The notes below the pieces were generated by a model that worked only from the letters and a program-made list of their open reading frames with translations, was not told where the DNA came from and made no database searches. Shown here one piece after another: positions 34,540 through 36,300 of a stretch of 36,300 nt of DNA; position 1 is the first letter of the stretch, and each line of letters begins with the position of its first letter. Source of the stretch: a virus. Its lineage: Duplodnaviria; Caudoviricetes. The stretch lies in the IMG/VR virus record IMGVR_UViG_3300002092_000104, positions 1-36,300 of that record; one strand, given 5' to 3'. Made by a program: the position numbers and the translations under genes.

Positions 34540-35558
34540 AAGATGATTTAGAAGAATTAAAAAAAGAAGTAGATCCGCAGATTGCGGAATTACGAAATGC
34601 GTTATTAAATACGCAAAAACAATTAGCAAAAGCCAAGATTCGTAACGATGAATTGGTAACGGCAACTCATCGCGGGGCTTATGAGGCAATGTTGGCGTTA
34701 GGATCAATACCGCCAGTTCCGGCACCGGCTAAAGATCTTAGAAAAGCAAAAGCCGAAGTTGCGTTAATTCATTCGACGGATTGGCAAGGCGCAAAAGTGA
34801 CTACAAGTTATAATTCAGAAGTAATGCGACAACGTGTTTTACAATTCGCAGATAAAATTATTCATTTAACCGATCTTCAAAGAAAACATCATCCCGTTAA
34901 AGATTGCGTGGTTATGTTTGGCGGAGATATGGTCGAAGGTTTATTTAATTACCCAGCGCAGTTATGGCAAATTGACGCTTCATTATTTGGACAATTTACT
35001 ACGGTGTCTCGTTTGTGTGTAGATTTTATTCGCGTTATGTTGGCTAATTTTGAAAACGTTACAGTAGTTGCTGAATGGGGTAACCACGGAAGAATTGCGG
35101 GCAAGCGAGCAGAAGTGCCAAAAAGCGATAACGTGGATCGAATGGTTTATGAAATGTCGCGCCAAATTCTTGCGGGCGAAAAAAGATTAACGTGGGAAGA
35201 TTGTCCGGAAGATATTCAGGAAGTAGCGGTGGGAAATTATCGCGCTTTATTAATGCACGGCGACGAATTGGGAAGATCAGGGTTTGCTAGTCCGGCGGCT
35301 TGGATTGCGGGTGGTAACCGTTGGAAGGCTGGCGCGCACGATTATGACTTTATGGATATTTATCTAGGTCATTACCATCGCCACGCGCAAGAACCGATTC
35401 AGAAAAACTTTAATATATATTGGACGGGATCAACTGAGTCGGATAATCGTTATGCGCGGGATTCTATGGCGGCTAGCGGGTTGCCTAGTCAGCGTCTCCA
35501 CTTTGTAGATCCGATCAAGGGGCGGGTTACTGCCCAGTATCAAGTGTGGCTGGACTAA
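34530..35558 (+). CDS. Calcineurin-like metallophosphoesterase with N-terminal coiled coil
   Basis: TDWQ, GGD..EG, GNHG, HGD, GHYH motifs. Confidence 0.85.
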   Translation: MSLKDDLEELKKEVDPQIAELRNALLNTQKQLAKAKIRNDELVTATHRGAYEAMLALGSIPPVPAPAKDLRKAKAEVALIHSTDWQGAKVTTSYNSEVMRQRVLQFADKIIHLTDLQRKHHPVKDCVVMFGGDMVEGLFNYPAQLWQIDASLFGQFTTVSRLCVDFIRVMLANFENVTVVAEWGNHGRIAGKRAEVPKSDNVDRMVYEMSRQILAGEKRLTWEDCPEDIQEVAVGNYRALLMHGDELGRSGFASPAAWIAGGNRWKAGAHDYDFMDIYLGHYHRHAQEPIQKNFNIYWTGSTESDNRYARDSMAASGLPSQRLHFVDPIKGRVTAQYQVWLD

Positions 35559-35588
35559 AAATAGACCGCGAAATACCCCTAAATGGAC

Positions 35589-35617
35589 TTGTAAAGGTTA
35601 CGGTTTACCCCTACTTT
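35589..35617 (+). promoter_or_regulatory. Sigma70/SigA-type early promoter TTGTAA-17-TACTTT
   Basis: -35 at 35589-35594 and -10 at 35612-35617 with a 17-bp spacer, at a module boundary. Confidence 0.65.
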
Positions 35618-35662
35618 TAGATCGTGAACGGAAAGTCCGAATCACGAAAGGGGCAAAATAAA

Positions 35663-35902
35663 ATGGCAAAAAAAGCAACAGGTAATAAAAAAGGTCAGGA
35701 AGCATTTAAAATATTACAACAATGGCGCGAAGAAGGTGTGCCTGATCTAATTACATCTTATGAAGCGTGGAACTTAACAGGTGGTTTAGTTGGTAAATGT
35801 AATAATTATCAAACACCTATGCGTTTGGTTTTAGTCGCGCTTGAATATTCCGCTAAAGGTGGATCCGTAAAAGATTCTTTAAAAATAAAAGAAGGTGCAT
35901 AA
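35663..35902 (+). CDS. Hypothetical early protein (MAKKATGNKKG…)
   Basis: Strong SD GAAAGGGG before ATG 35663; the track GTG 35624 falls at the predicted +1 and is an alternative leaderless start. Confidence 0.7.
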   Translation: MAKKATGNKKGQEAFKILQQWREEGVPDLITSYEAWNLTGGLVGKCNNYQTPMRLVLVALEYSAKGGSVKDSLKIKEGA

Positions 35903-35905
35903 AAA

Positions 35906-36145
35906 ATGAGATATAGCGAAAACGGAATTAAAAAGTTATTGGGCGTAAAGGTTCACAACGCCGTTGAGGGATCAATTAAAATGGAAACGCAAGGAATGTT
36001 ACGGTTCGCAAAATGTAAATGGTGCGATGAAGTAATCGAAAGTTTTTTTAACGATGATGAAGATCGGATGGGATGGAGCGCATGGACTTCAAAAAATGGT
36101 CGGTGTGTCGGGTCAGAAAATAGCAACCAAACGGTTACTATTTAA
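35906..36145 (+). CDS. Hypothetical early protein with CxxC
   Basis: GAAGGT SD; CKWC motif. Confidence 0.6.
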   Translation: MRYSENGIKKLLGVKVHNAVEGSIKMETQGMLRFAKCKWCDEVIESFFNDDEDRMGWSAWTSKNGRCVGSENSNQTVTI

Positions 36146-36169
36146 CAAAACAGAAGGAAGGTAAAAGAA

Positions 36170-36300
36170 ATGGCATTTAATTTAGATAACTATCAGCCGG
36201 TATCGGAGCGATTGGCACAAGCACACGCGGATCATCCTGATCTTAGAATCCTTACGGATTTGGTTCACGTAGAGCGAAATGCTGAAGGAAAACCACTTCA
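36170..36300 (+). CDS. Truncated 5' end (MAFNLDNYQPVSERL…HPDLRILT), possibly a single-strand annealing protein
   Basis: GGAAGG SD; the FNL..Y..V.ERL…P..RI.T N-terminus recalls phage recombination proteins; only 43 aa visible. Confidence 0.5.
   Translation, partial: MAFNLDNYQPVSERLAQAHADHPDLRILTDLVHVERNAEGKPL

Noticed and set aside
1516-35165. Other minus-strand ORFs in the track (e.g. 1516, 5005, 16908, 25903, 34983)
   Set aside because: Short, antisense to clear genes, with no motifs or RBS; the genome is unidirectional here.
1-36300. Stop-codon reassignment
   Set aside because: Genes are full length under the standard code, and TAA, TAG and TGA all terminate genes.

Overview
All credible genes lie on the + strand. 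The window holds most of a siphovirus-type (long non-contractile tail) phage genome, roughly low-40s % GC by eye. An actinobacterial host is likely, possibly a low-GC freshwater lineage; this is inferred from the SSB type, a leaderless gene and the gene content. Gene order: end of an early/middle region (structured intergenic RNA, proteasome-beta/HslV-like protease, HNH, SSB, HTH regulators); ParB-like plus glycosyltransferase-like pair; terminase small and large; a 7.3 kb block of fibre genes and four glycine-rich paralogs inserted before the portal; portal; a multidomain MuF protein; protease-scaffold; major capsid; neck and tail genes with a -1 frameshifted chaperone; tape measure; baseplate and receptor-binding genes; lysis; metallophosphoesterase; start of the next early operon. 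Most notable: (1) MuF is fused to two tandem enzyme domains, a RelA/SpoT-like (Tas1/Apk2-type) alarmone synthetase and a DUF3626-like domain, followed by two small candidate immunity genes; (2) five intergenic hairpins have loops that are reverse complements of Shine-Dalgarno-type sequences, four matching this phage's own RBS regions, including a candidate ~70-nt sRNA; (3) the four glycine-rich paralogs carry a small beta domain inserted at three different sites. No tRNA, CRISPR array, integrase or reverse transcriptase was seen. Family assignments come from motif recognition, not database searches.
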